Assembly (NCBI GenBank): GCA_963663965.2
Contig: CAXXFK010000019.1
Span: 32,001-96,000 of the forward strand
Length of the DNA stretch: 64,000 bases
Reading direction: 5' to 3'
From: Sedimentisphaerales bacterium
Lineage (GTDB): Bacteria > Planctomycetota > Phycisphaerae > Sedimentisphaerales > SM23-30
Position numbers and translations under genes: made by a program. Of the stretch, positions 7,115-16,298 are shown one piece after another (the stretch's first letter is position 1; each line of letters begins with the position of its first letter). The notes below the pieces were generated by a model. That model was given only the letters and a program-made list of their open reading frames with translations. It was not told the origin of the DNA and made no database searches.

Positions 7115-9307
7115 TTATTCAACGCCCCAATCCATATTGGGTTTCTGACCCATGATGAGTTTCAACTCACCCCCGGCCATCAGTTCTTCATGAGAAAACC
7201 AGGGTTTAATCAACGGCTTGCCATTGAGCCGCGCTTCCTGGATATACTTGTTCGTGGTTGAGCAACCTGGCGCCGAAACCTTAAAGGTCTTGCCATTGGG
7301 CAGATGAATGGTAATCTTTTCAAACAGCGGACTGCCAATGGTATACATCGGTTTTCCCGGTGTTACCGGATAAAAGCCCATCGCTGAAAAGACCACAAAC
7401 GCCGTCATCCCACCGCCATCTTCATCGCCGGGAATGCCAAAAATATTATCCGGATACCAGGTATTCAGCAGCATACGGATCTTTTTCTGGGTCTTCCACG
7501 GCGAGTCGGTAAAGTTATACAGATAAGGAATATGAAAACTCGGCTCATTCCCCATCGAAAATTGCCCGACAATACCGGTAAAATCAGGGAACCGCGCCCA
7601 CAGCTCATATTTACTGCGGCCCAGTCCTTCCCGGAACAGTTGATCCAGACGATTCTCGAAGTTTTTCTTGCCGCCCATCAATTCAATCAAACCCGGAATA
7701 TCATGCTGTACCTGCCAGAGATAGGTCCAGCCGTTATTTTCGTCGTAATATTCCCGGCCGCCCATGCCGCCATCAAATTTGGGATCGATATCGATCCATT
7801 TGCCCTGGTCATCCTTGGGCATGAAAAAGCCTTTTTCTTTCCAGTACAGGTTTTTGTAGTTATTGGCTCGCTTGGCAAAATAGGCGGCATCCTCTGTTTT
7901 GCCCAAATCACCGGCAAACTGCCCCAATGCCCAGTCATCGTAACTATGGCCCAGCGTAACCGCAACAGACTGACGTTTTTCAAACCCATGCACCAGCGGT
8001 TCGGTCTCTTTCTCACCAGGCGCCAGCGCCGGATAATACCCTTTTTCAGCATAAAACTTGTCGAGCGGACAGGCCGGTCCGTTACGCCAGGGCAGCATGG
8101 TCGCTTCCATCGCGTTCTTCTTCATCGCTTCAAAAGCCAGTGCGGTATCGAAATCGATAATCCCTTTACGATAATCATCCAGAATGGTAATAGTGGAATG
8201 GAATCCATTCATACAGGGATGATCCTCAGTCAAAATCGGGAAAGTAGGCAGCCAGCCACCCTGCTGATACATCCGCAGATAAGAATTTACCATATCCGCT
8301 TCCATATCAGGATGTAGAATGGCCCGCAACGGGTGGTGAGCCAGGTAAGTATCCCAGATCCAGTCATCCACATAAAACGGCCGGTCGGCTTTATGGACTT
8401 TTTTGTCGAAATTGCTGTAATATTGGCCATCTTCCGTAATATCCACCATACGTTCATAACAGCGATAGAGCGCTGTATAGAAGGTACGCTGATACGCTTC
8501 CGTCCCGCCTTCCACCTCAATCTGATTTAAGACGTTTGCCCAGGCCAGTTTGGCGGAATCTTTCATTTTATCGAAAGCGACATCCTGAATTTCCTTCTCA
8601 AAATTCTTTTTGGCCTGCTCCGGGCTGATAAACGAAATGGCATATTTAAACTCAATTATGGTAGGCTTATCCGCAGTCCAACTGACTACCGCGCCTTTGC
8701 GATCCCTATTCTGGTCCGTAACCGTAAAGTCAAACGGTTCATTGAATTGACCGTAAACAAACGCTTTCATACCGCTAAACTGCTCGATTCCAGTTACTGC
8801 ATTGGAACCTGACTGTTCCCAACCGCCTGACCGCATTGTTTTGAGTTGGACATAACGCGTCCCTTTTTCCGGAAAAGTCATGCGGAAATACCCTGTTTTA
8901 GCGCCCGGCGTGTATTCCAATGTCGTATCATAATCTTCCAGCCAGACCGAATAATAATACGGAGTCGAAATCTCGTTTTCTGGATCCCACGCCGATACCG
9001 GTCGATTATTAGGAGATTCATCGACATAAGGCATCATCCCAAATAACATTCCCTGGCGATGAGACATCATCGTTAACGGAAAACCGCGAATCTGGTCATC
9101 CAGATGATCCTGACGGTCCGGATACATGCGGATCATCTGGTTGGGCAATTGCACCGTGGGGCGGGTTGGTTGCAGGATATGCCCGACAGCTCCGATACTG
9201 GGATCGACACTCTCCAGTGCGTCCGGTTTCTGTGCGCAACCCGTAATGATCAAGGCAGCGAGCAGATTTAATATTATAATCCAGCTGAATTTGGCAGTTG
9301 TTTTCAT
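7115..9307 (-). CDS. GH92 family glycoside hydrolase (alpha-mannosidase-like), lipoprotein
   Basis: Motifs FYTALY, WDTY, GNEPSFHIPYLY, PGDEDGGGM, MGFYPVTPG and GSPLF, with lipobox ITGC. Confidence 0.92.
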   Translation of the reverse strand: MKTTAKFSWIIILNLLAALIITGCAQKPDALESVDPSIGAVGHILQPTRPTVQLPNQMIRMYPDRQDHLDDQIRGFPLTMMSHRQGMLFGMMPYVDESPNNRPVSAWDPENEISTPYYYSVWLEDYDTTLEYTPGAKTGYFRMTFPEKGTRYVQLKTMRSGGWEQSGSNAVTGIEQFSGMKAFVYGQFNEPFDFTVTDQNRDRKGAVVSWTADKPTIIEFKYAISFISPEQAKKNFEKEIQDVAFDKMKDSAKLAWANVLNQIEVEGGTEAYQRTFYTALYRCYERMVDITEDGQYYSNFDKKVHKADRPFYVDDWIWDTYLAHHPLRAILHPDMEADMVNSYLRMYQQGGWLPTFPILTEDHPCMNGFHSTITILDDYRKGIIDFDTALAFEAMKKNAMEATMLPWRNGPACPLDKFYAEKGYYPALAPGEKETEPLVHGFEKRQSVAVTLGHSYDDWALGQFAGDLGKTEDAAYFAKRANNYKNLYWKEKGFFMPKDDQGKWIDIDPKFDGGMGGREYYDENNGWTYLWQVQHDIPGLIELMGGKKNFENRLDQLFREGLGRSKYELWARFPDFTGIVGQFSMGNEPSFHIPYLYNFTDSPWKTQKKIRMLLNTWYPDNIFGIPGDEDGGGMTAFVVFSAMGFYPVTPGKPMYTIGSPLFEKITIHLPNGKTFKVSAPGCSTTNKYIQEARLNGKPLIKPWFSHEELMAGGELKLIMGQKPNMDWGVE

Positions 9308-9451
9308 AATGTTCCCTTTGAGTAAGAGTAATTCAATTATAATCAACGTGTTAGATATGATTTTAAAATAAAAATGAAATGTGTCAAGCGTCTATCCATT
9401 TATCCCTTATGGTCATAATCCATTGGAATATAAAGACATTCAAATCGATTA

Positions 9452-10819
9452 TTAGTCTGAATTTTGCGACAGACAATAAAGCCTGAGCATGACCGGATCA
9501 GGAAGCAGCCCCTCTGGTTTGTGATCACGATTTTGAGAAAGTGTTTCCCAGCGCAATACATAGCGGTTGGTGGGATGTTGATACGAACCAGAATCTTCAG
9601 CCCAGCGGGTTCTGATTCCGGGAAATGTCGATTCGGGCCGGCCCAGACTGGATGGATAACGTGAAGGGCTTTTTTCTATACCAATTAGTTTTAAAGTTTT
9701 TTCGTCGATAATCAGTAATCCGCTCCCTTTTTTGATATGATGATAAGGCAATTTTAGCCGGCTATTTTCATCAGACTCAACCGCGCCAAGACCGATTTCG
9801 AACGGGATCGAACCTCCTCCGCTGAATTCCCAGCGATAATCCCATTGTGTGATCTGATATGGATTCCAACACCCCTGCTCAAATCGGGCAATATAAACTT
9901 GGGTATTCCCGCTATGGTCAAATTTATGGTAGGATGCCAATGGCTGATTATGGCTGTCAAACCCGATTCGTAACGCGCCATTGATGATACCACCACCTGA
10001 GGGTATGGATTCAATGAGAGTGTTGTGATTTTGGATAGTAATCGGCAGCTTCAATGGCTGGCCATCGATCGTCTCCCAGTCAATCAGATTACGGCTTCGG
10101 GCGTAAGAAGGATCATGATTGGTTTTACAATCAGGCGTATCACGCCAGACCCAGCCGAGATGAAACCAGCCATCAGGCCCACGCGATGGCCCGGTCATAT
10201 AGGCGTTCATCTGACCCTGCCCGTCGGTTAAAGGTTGATCCAGCAATTTACGCCAGGTTTGGGTATCCGTGTCATAGATATTATAAATCTCGTTACCATT
10301 ACCACTGCTGCCATCACGATAATGAAATATGAGCCGATTTTCAGCGTCACGCATGAACTGAGGATATGTGCAGCGTGTTTCGTTCTGACCGGTCATAGAA
10401 CTAATACGCTGGAAAGTGGCGATATCCCAGGGTTGGGAAGTGCGAAAATAGATAAGCTGGGTGACATGCATATTACCACTCAGGTGGATATAACCCTCTT
10501 CATCGATGGCCATTACAATATAATTATGGCTGTCCCAGCCAACATTAGTCGGTAAGGTACGGTATTGCCAGCGGTTCTGATCTAGCATACGGGTTGCCAC
10601 AGTCATACGATGTTCCGCATCATAATAGGCGACATACTGGCGATTGCCCTGCGTAAACAGGCAGAATCCAACCGGAAAACCACTGGGCACCAGGGAGATA
10701 TCAAGCGATTCTTTAATCGAAATGACTGTTTGAGCAGAAGTTACGGACTCGCTTAATATCATTGCTAGTATCAGCAGGAAGTTGAAAGACCACCAGGTGA
10801 TCAGGCCGGTTTTAAGCAT
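9452..10819 (-). CDS. BNR-4 repeat-containing secreted protein
   Basis: Motifs QYVAYYD, WDSHN, IHLSGNMH, TYPQF, YRDGSSGNG and NHDPSYARS. Confidence 0.8.
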   Translation of the reverse strand: MLKTGLITWWSFNFLLILAMILSESVTSAQTVISIKESLDISLVPSGFPVGFCLFTQGNRQYVAYYDAEHRMTVATRMLDQNRWQYRTLPTNVGWDSHNYIVMAIDEEGYIHLSGNMHVTQLIYFRTSQPWDIATFQRISSMTGQNETRCTYPQFMRDAENRLIFHYRDGSSGNGNEIYNIYDTDTQTWRKLLDQPLTDGQGQMNAYMTGPSRGPDGWFHLGWVWRDTPDCKTNHDPSYARSRNLIDWETIDGQPLKLPITIQNHNTLIESIPSGGGIINGALRIGFDSHNQPLASYHKFDHSGNTQVYIARFEQGCWNPYQITQWDYRWEFSGGGSIPFEIGLGAVESDENSRLKLPYHHIKKGSGLLIIDEKTLKLIGIEKSPSRYPSSLGRPESTFPGIRTRWAEDSGSYQHPTNRYVLRWETLSQNRDHKPEGLLPDPVMLRLYCLSQNSD

Positions 10820-10900
10820 GTTATCTGTTCTCCAGATTCGAATATTACAGAACTTACAATTTCATGCTAACGATTAAAACGCGGCAGTATTGCAGATGAG

Positions 10901-13900
10901 CTAATCTTGTAGAATATCGATTTCAGCGGCTCCTGCATAGGGGCGATTGTTAACGCTGGACAGGGCGCGAAGCTTAAAAGCCTGTACCCGAAATTTACGA
11001 TTGAAACGGATGGTCTGAAGTTTAGGGCTGTCTGGCCACTGACCACTTGCAACGGGATTAGTCCAGGTCTGACCATCCAGGCTTAGTACGATTTCGTAGC
11101 GGGCGATACGGCCATTGGCCATGTCTTGACGGGGCAGGTAAGTCAGGCCCGCTATTTCTATGGGAGATTTCAGGGTAACAATCACCTCATGCGGCATCGG
11201 GGCATCCGGATTCCATGGGGTATGCCAGATCGTGGCAGGATCTCCATCAATTGCGTTGGTTGCTTCATAGCCTGTCTGCTCACTGGAGGCAGTGGCCTGG
11301 GCGTTGAGTTTTTGCAGCAGGGTCGGTTCTACACAAAGGTCTTGAAGTTGTTCGAGACTCATGGAGGTCGCCGGATCAAAGTGGTTGCCGGACATGTAGG
11401 CGAGCAGGCTGGCGCGCAACTGGCGGGCCACCGGCCGGGAGTCGAGATCATCGCTTAAGTTGGCGCTGCAAGCCAGCAGTTTGCCATTACCAACCCGGAC
11501 TTCAAAAACCAGGGCCAGCTTACGGGCCGTCACCCAGTCATCGATGACCTGAACCGTGGGATGGACCGGCTGGCCGGTCAGAATAAAAGGCGCGGCTCCG
11601 TGAATAATTTCCCACCATTGCCAGTTACTGTGGAATTCCGTGGGAAACTCAGCCAGGGCAGGGTGAGTCGGATCGCACAGGATACCCAGGGTATGGGGCG
11701 GCTGAAAATCAGTCCAGACCGTATTCCAGAATATGGAAGAAAACCCCAGTGCGATTTTGCCCCGTTCCGGATCACCTTTGATACGTGTTGATTCCGGTAG
11801 CCAGAGTAGTTTGCCGCCCTTGCGGAGATGGTTTTCAGTTTCAGTATTCAACTCAGAGGCGATCAGTATCTGATTATCAGCAGGTGTTGTTGATACCTTG
11901 CGAGGATAAACCCAGATATCCCAGTGATTAGCCCAGGGCTGATTGTCAGCTGAGATCATGAGAGTTAGCTTCCGGGCTGATGGATTGATCGGGAGTATGG
12001 TAGTAATTGTACCCAGATCATACAGGTACCCGCGGGAAAAATTTTGTGTGGCGAGTTTTCCTTTGGCAATCGCTGTACCCTTCTGGTCCGTAATGGTCCA
12101 GAGCGGAGTAGTATTTTTAAGATCATCCGGACCAAACTGAGCCAGTTGGACCGGAGCTTCAAGCAGTTCCCCTTCAATATAAATGTGTTTGGGCAGGCGG
12201 GCCAGAGGTACGACCGGCCCGGCAAAGCCGGCGTATTCCTCAGCCGTAACATAACCTTTGGAATCCCAGAAGGGATCCAGTACGCCCACCAGCGCCGTAC
12301 CCTGGCCGGGAAAGTCATGCAGATCAAGCAGTTGGAATCCACCAAAACCGGGAGTCCGAAGGGCGGCTTCGATATCCGCTTTATAACAGAGGGTCTGGAG
12401 TTTGCCGGAAGCGATAAGGAAATCATGTGCCTGGTCAATCATACCGTGACGCTTGAGTTGATCGGCAAAAACATCGAAATTTTTCGCCTTGAGCAGACCG
12501 GTATATTTGGCGCGTTCATCCAGGTTGGGGTAAACACACCACTGCCCGATTTCGTGACTGATCACTGGTGCGTCTTTGTGGGACTGGACAAATGGACTCC
12601 AATCATAATCGCTGCGTGGTGGTTGACCGTTGATGATGCTCTTGAGCCCTTCTCCCCAGCGTTGGATACGCGGGTTGGGAGAACTGTGATAATCGCTGAC
12701 TTCAATCACTGGCCAACCTGCGCCGGAGGTATAAAGCCGGCGCGAGTCTTTCTGTTGATAATGGGTGACAAAATCAGTCAGCCATTGTTTGTGATTTTTC
12801 CCAGCCGGTTCGTTGCCGTAAGCCATGAGCATAAAGGATGGGTGATTGCCATAAGCCCGGATAATGGCATCGGCTTCATCGTAGAGCCATTGATCAAGCG
12901 GTTTCCCATCACCAATGGTAGCGCCCTGGTTAGCCCAGGAGGAACATTCCACCTGGTAATAAAAACCCAATTCATCGGCGGCGATGAAAGCCGCTTCCGG
13001 TGGACACCAGGAATGAAAACGGATATGGTTTAAACCATGGGCTTTGCAGGCGTTGATGACTTTTTTCCAGTAACTGACTTCCGTGGGGGGATGGCTGGTA
13101 AGCGGAAAGATACAGCATTCCAGGGTACCGCGTAAGAAGATCGGGGTGTCGTTCAGAGTGAATCGGGTATCAATGGTTTTCAGGTCACGCAGGCCGAATT
13201 GAACCATCTTTTCATCGGTTCCGATATTCGAATTCAAGCTGACCTTCAGCGGATAAAGATTCGGGTGGAATTCATCCCAGCCATCCAGACTGTTGTCCAT
13301 TGGGATCGTAACACTTTGATTGGAAGTGCCTGAGGGACAGGATACGCGTACCTGGCGATTGAACCGGCCATTTACCGACAGATCAAGGGTTGCCGAAACC
13401 GATTCTCTCGTAAGGTTGCCAATAGTAATTTCCGCGCGAACCTGACGCGGATCGTATTGCGCAAATACCCGCAGGTCGTCAATCCAGACTTTTGGTGTTG
13501 CTCGCAGTTCGATACGTCCGGCGATTCCGTTCCAGTTACCCTGGGTATGATCGGATACACTGTGGGAGTTGGGTCCGACATTGACCACCATGCTGTTATC
13601 CACCGCAATCGTCAGGCGGTGGCGTCCGGATGAGATTTGGGAGCCCAGATCGTATTGATGCGGTGTTGCGAGGCGATTGTTGGAACCAATCAACTGGCCA
13701 TCCAGCCAGACGGTGGTCTGCCAGTGGGGTCGTTCTAGAAACAGGACAATCCGTCTTCCGGTCCAGTCGGAGGGGATATTTATCTCACGTTGATACCAGG
13801 CCCGCCCAACATAATGACGATCAGGCTGGAGCCAGAACGGTATTTTAAAATTCTCATTGGTTTGGTATTGGCGATAGTAAGGATCGGTATACCACGATTG

Positions 13901-14146
13901 GCGCAGATCACCGGTCCATTGGGTTTCCATACTAACCGGATCCCCAAAACCTTGAGCCGTTAGAACGCCGGGTAGTTGGATCGTATCGACCAGTGATTTT
14001 GTTATCAGTTGGTGCGAATTATGATCGCAATCAGGATCTAACCCGAACTGCCAGTTGCCGGAAAGGCTGACGGATTCGGCAATAACAGAGGATGCAACAA
14101 CTGTATAGGCAATCGAAATGATAAAACCTGATAGCCTGGATTTCAT
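10901..14146 (-). CDS. GH2 family glycoside hydrolase with C-terminal F5/8 type C (CBM32-like) domain
   Basis: Motifs SLSGNWQF, GLNHIRFHSW, GNHPSF..GNE and HEIGQW, with C-terminal AIDGDPATIWHT. Confidence 0.9.
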   Translation of the reverse strand: MKSRLSGFIISIAYTVVASSVIAESVSLSGNWQFGLDPDCDHNSHQLITKSLVDTIQLPGVLTAQGFGDPVSMETQWTGDLRQSWYTDPYYRQYQTNENFKIPFWLQPDRHYVGRAWYQREINIPSDWTGRRIVLFLERPHWQTTVWLDGQLIGSNNRLATPHQYDLGSQISSGRHRLTIAVDNSMVVNVGPNSHSVSDHTQGNWNGIAGRIELRATPKVWIDDLRVFAQYDPRQVRAEITIGNLTRESVSATLDLSVNGRFNRQVRVSCPSGTSNQSVTIPMDNSLDGWDEFHPNLYPLKVSLNSNIGTDEKMVQFGLRDLKTIDTRFTLNDTPIFLRGTLECCIFPLTSHPPTEVSYWKKVINACKAHGLNHIRFHSWCPPEAAFIAADELGFYYQVECSSWANQGATIGDGKPLDQWLYDEADAIIRAYGNHPSFMLMAYGNEPAGKNHKQWLTDFVTHYQQKDSRRLYTSGAGWPVIEVSDYHSSPNPRIQRWGEGLKSIINGQPPRSDYDWSPFVQSHKDAPVISHEIGQWCVYPNLDERAKYTGLLKAKNFDVFADQLKRHGMIDQAHDFLIASGKLQTLCYKADIEAALRTPGFGGFQLLDLHDFPGQGTALVGVLDPFWDSKGYVTAEEYAGFAGPVVPLARLPKHIYIEGELLEAPVQLAQFGPDDLKNTTPLWTITDQKGTAIAKGKLATQNFSRGYLYDLGTITTILPINPSARKLTLMISADNQPWANHWDIWVYPRKVSTTPADNQILIASELNTETENHLRKGGKLLWLPESTRIKGDPERGKIALGFSSIFWNTVWTDFQPPHTLGILCDPTHPALAEFPTEFHSNWQWWEIIHGAAPFILTGQPVHPTVQVIDDWVTARKLALVFEVRVGNGKLLACSANLSDDLDSRPVARQLRASLLAYMSGNHFDPATSMSLEQLQDLCVEPTLLQKLNAQATASSEQTGYEATNAIDGDPATIWHTPWNPDAPMPHEVIVTLKSPIEIAGLTYLPRQDMANGRIARYEIVLSLDGQTWTNPVASGQWPDSPKLQTIRFNRKFRVQAFKLRALSSVNNRPYAGAAEIDILQD

Positions 14147-14554
14147 TATAAAACTCCTTCAAACTTCATAAGTACGCTCTATCAATTTACAGTATGAATG
14201 CTAAATTACGTTCGTTTTGACCTTCAACGGCATGATAAGTGATAAGTCAGTTGCTAAACAATACTTAAATGTATCAAAATACCGCAATTTTGTGCAGGAT
14301 TACGATTTTGACAGGTGTTGTTTGGGCGCACCAATATGTTTTAATAATAATATATTTGAACCGATGAATAAGTCCATCGGGCATAAGTATGTATATTGCA
14401 GTCGCTTATATTGCTCCTTTAGGCTTGCCCAATCCACTGGGATGGGTTATGATTAATCGTAATATCCACCAGCTTTTTCGACAACCATAATACAATAGCA
14501 GTTTGTTATGGATGATAGATCCGGCATCGAATTTGGCAGCGACTTACTTTAAAA

Positions 14555-15325
14555 ATGATGAATATGGATAACGCCTACTACAAAGAGCGGTTTTTTTATA
14601 AATTGATCAAACAGCGGTTTTTTTCACTGACTGGATTGGCTGGCGTGGTGTCGCTGGTGCTCTATGGCTTGGGATTAGGAACATTCTTTTTATGGTTGGG
14701 GTTGGGCGTCCTGGCAGGAGGCGGTCTCTATTTTGCCGGTTCCATGCTGCTGGGTAATAAAGCAATTGATCGGCAGATTCGTGAGGAAGTGGATCGACAG
14801 GCCATCCGGGAGAGAAACCGTCAACTCGACAAACTGGAACGCGAACTAAGGCGGGATGACGATCCCCGCACTGAAAATACCCTAAGAGATTTGAGGGCCC
14901 TGTCAGACGCATTCAGTCAGGCCGGCTTGGCAGGTATGGAACAGAATGTCTCGGGGGAGAAACTGGGTGATACTGTTCACCAGATGATTGGACAGAGTAT
15001 CCAGCTATTGCGTCAATCACTGACCTTTAATGAACCGGCCCGTCAGGCGGCCTCCCAGGAAATTCGACAGTCGATTCTGGCGAAACGTGAAGCGGTGTTA
15101 TCGGAGGCCATTGCTGGTGTGGAAATATTAAAGCAGGTTCTGGATAAAATTCAGACTGTGGCTGCGAGTTCACTGGCAACCGAACAGGTAACCCAGATGG
15201 GTCAGCAGATGCTGGATCAATTGGAGATCGCCCGGAGTGTCGAAGAACGTATGAACGCAGCAGGATTGGGACAGGAGTTTATAAAGACCATGGAAGACAC
15301 CCTTCCGGAGAATGAAAGAAAATGA
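14555..15325 (+). CDS. Hypothetical membrane protein (two N-terminal TM segments plus coiled coil)
   Basis: Hydrophobic stretch at about residues 22-66, then a charged helical region. First gene of a co-oriented three-gene cluster. Confidence 0.8.
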   Translation: MMNMDNAYYKERFFYKLIKQRFFSLTGLAGVVSLVLYGLGLGTFFLWLGLGVLAGGGLYFAGSMLLGNKAIDRQIREEVDRQAIRERNRQLDKLERELRRDDDPRTENTLRDLRALSDAFSQAGLAGMEQNVSGEKLGDTVHQMIGQSIQLLRQSLTFNEPARQAASQEIRQSILAKREAVLSEAIAGVEILKQVLDKIQTVAASSLATEQVTQMGQQMLDQLEIARSVEERMNAAGLGQEFIKTMEDTLPENERK

Positions 15326-15440
15326 TTAAGGCGTAAAGGCGAGTAACTGGCGTTTATGATTGATATTTTATTTCATAATTGTATGATAAACAGAATAGAT
15401 ATAATGATATATAAATACTACTTCTAACTGGAGGTATCGC

Positions 15441-16277
15441 ATGGGACGTTTAGCACATGGTTTTTCCCGTTTTTTCCGGGCTATCGCATCGGTTTTGACC
15501 CTTGGACTGGTGAAATTCAGTGAACCGATCGAGCGGAACCCGGAGGTCGTGGGACTGGATTACGATGAAGTGATCCGCGAGAAGGCCAAGGCCGCCCAGT
15601 TGGTCAAAAATGCCGTGGGCGATCTGATGGGCCAGCAGGAATCCAAAAAACAGAAAGTCAAACTGCTGACGGATGAAGTTCTGGAACTGGAACAGGAAAA
15701 AGCCGGTGCCCAGGCACTGGCCGGCGAACGGGTACAGGCATTGCAAGCCCAGGGAATGACAGAAGACCAGATCCTACAGGATAGTGAGGTCGTACAATAT
15801 CAGGCGGCGTTTACTGACGCCTCGACCACGCTGGTGGAGAAAAAAGCCCGGATCGCTGATCTGGAAGCAGACTTGGATACGTTACAGGCGTCCATCGATC
15901 AGAATATCGCCCAGGCCCAGTCACTGGCGCGAGAAGTGGAAAAACTGAAAGCCGAAAAACATGAAACGGTAGCCAGTATTGCGGCGGCCCAGCAGATCGA
16001 TAAGATAAACGAAGCCTTGTCTGGTATCTCAACTGGCGGAGCCGACGATACGCTGGCCCGGTTGCGTCAACAGCGTAACGAAGCGGAAGGGCGCGCCAAG
16101 GCCGCAACGCGGCTGGCCGGTGCCGATACCAAGGTCCAGCGTGAAAAACTGAAAAAAGCCGCCGTACGCCATACCCAGAACGCCGAATTCCTGAAAGGAA
16201 TCGGACTGGGCAGTACCAAAGTCACTCCAACTTCCGAAGCGCCGCAAGCTGCGCCCAAGCTGCCGGAAGAAGAATAA
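15441..16277 (+). CDS. PspA/IM30 (ESCRT-III superfamily)-like coiled-coil protein
   Basis: Amphipathic N-terminus GFSRFFRAIAS, ERNPE at the position of the PspA EDPE motif, a long coiled coil, and LARLRQQRNEAEGRAKAA resembling the late PspA helix. RBS GGAGG. Confidence 0.7.
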   Translation: MGRLAHGFSRFFRAIASVLTLGLVKFSEPIERNPEVVGLDYDEVIREKAKAAQLVKNAVGDLMGQQESKKQKVKLLTDEVLELEQEKAGAQALAGERVQALQAQGMTEDQILQDSEVVQYQAAFTDASTTLVEKKARIADLEADLDTLQASIDQNIAQAQSLAREVEKLKAEKHETVASIAAAQQIDKINEALSGISTGGADDTLARLRQQRNEAEGRAKAATRLAGADTKVQREKLKKAAVRHTQNAEFLKGIGLGSTKVTPTSEAPQAAPKLPEEE

Positions 16278-16298
16278 GAAACTCAATATTAATAGATT

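Noticed and set aside
12044..13033. 329-aa antisense ORF (likewise 7532-8317, 45432-46283, 57459-58313)
   Set aside because: These lie opposite well-supported genes and have no independent motifs.
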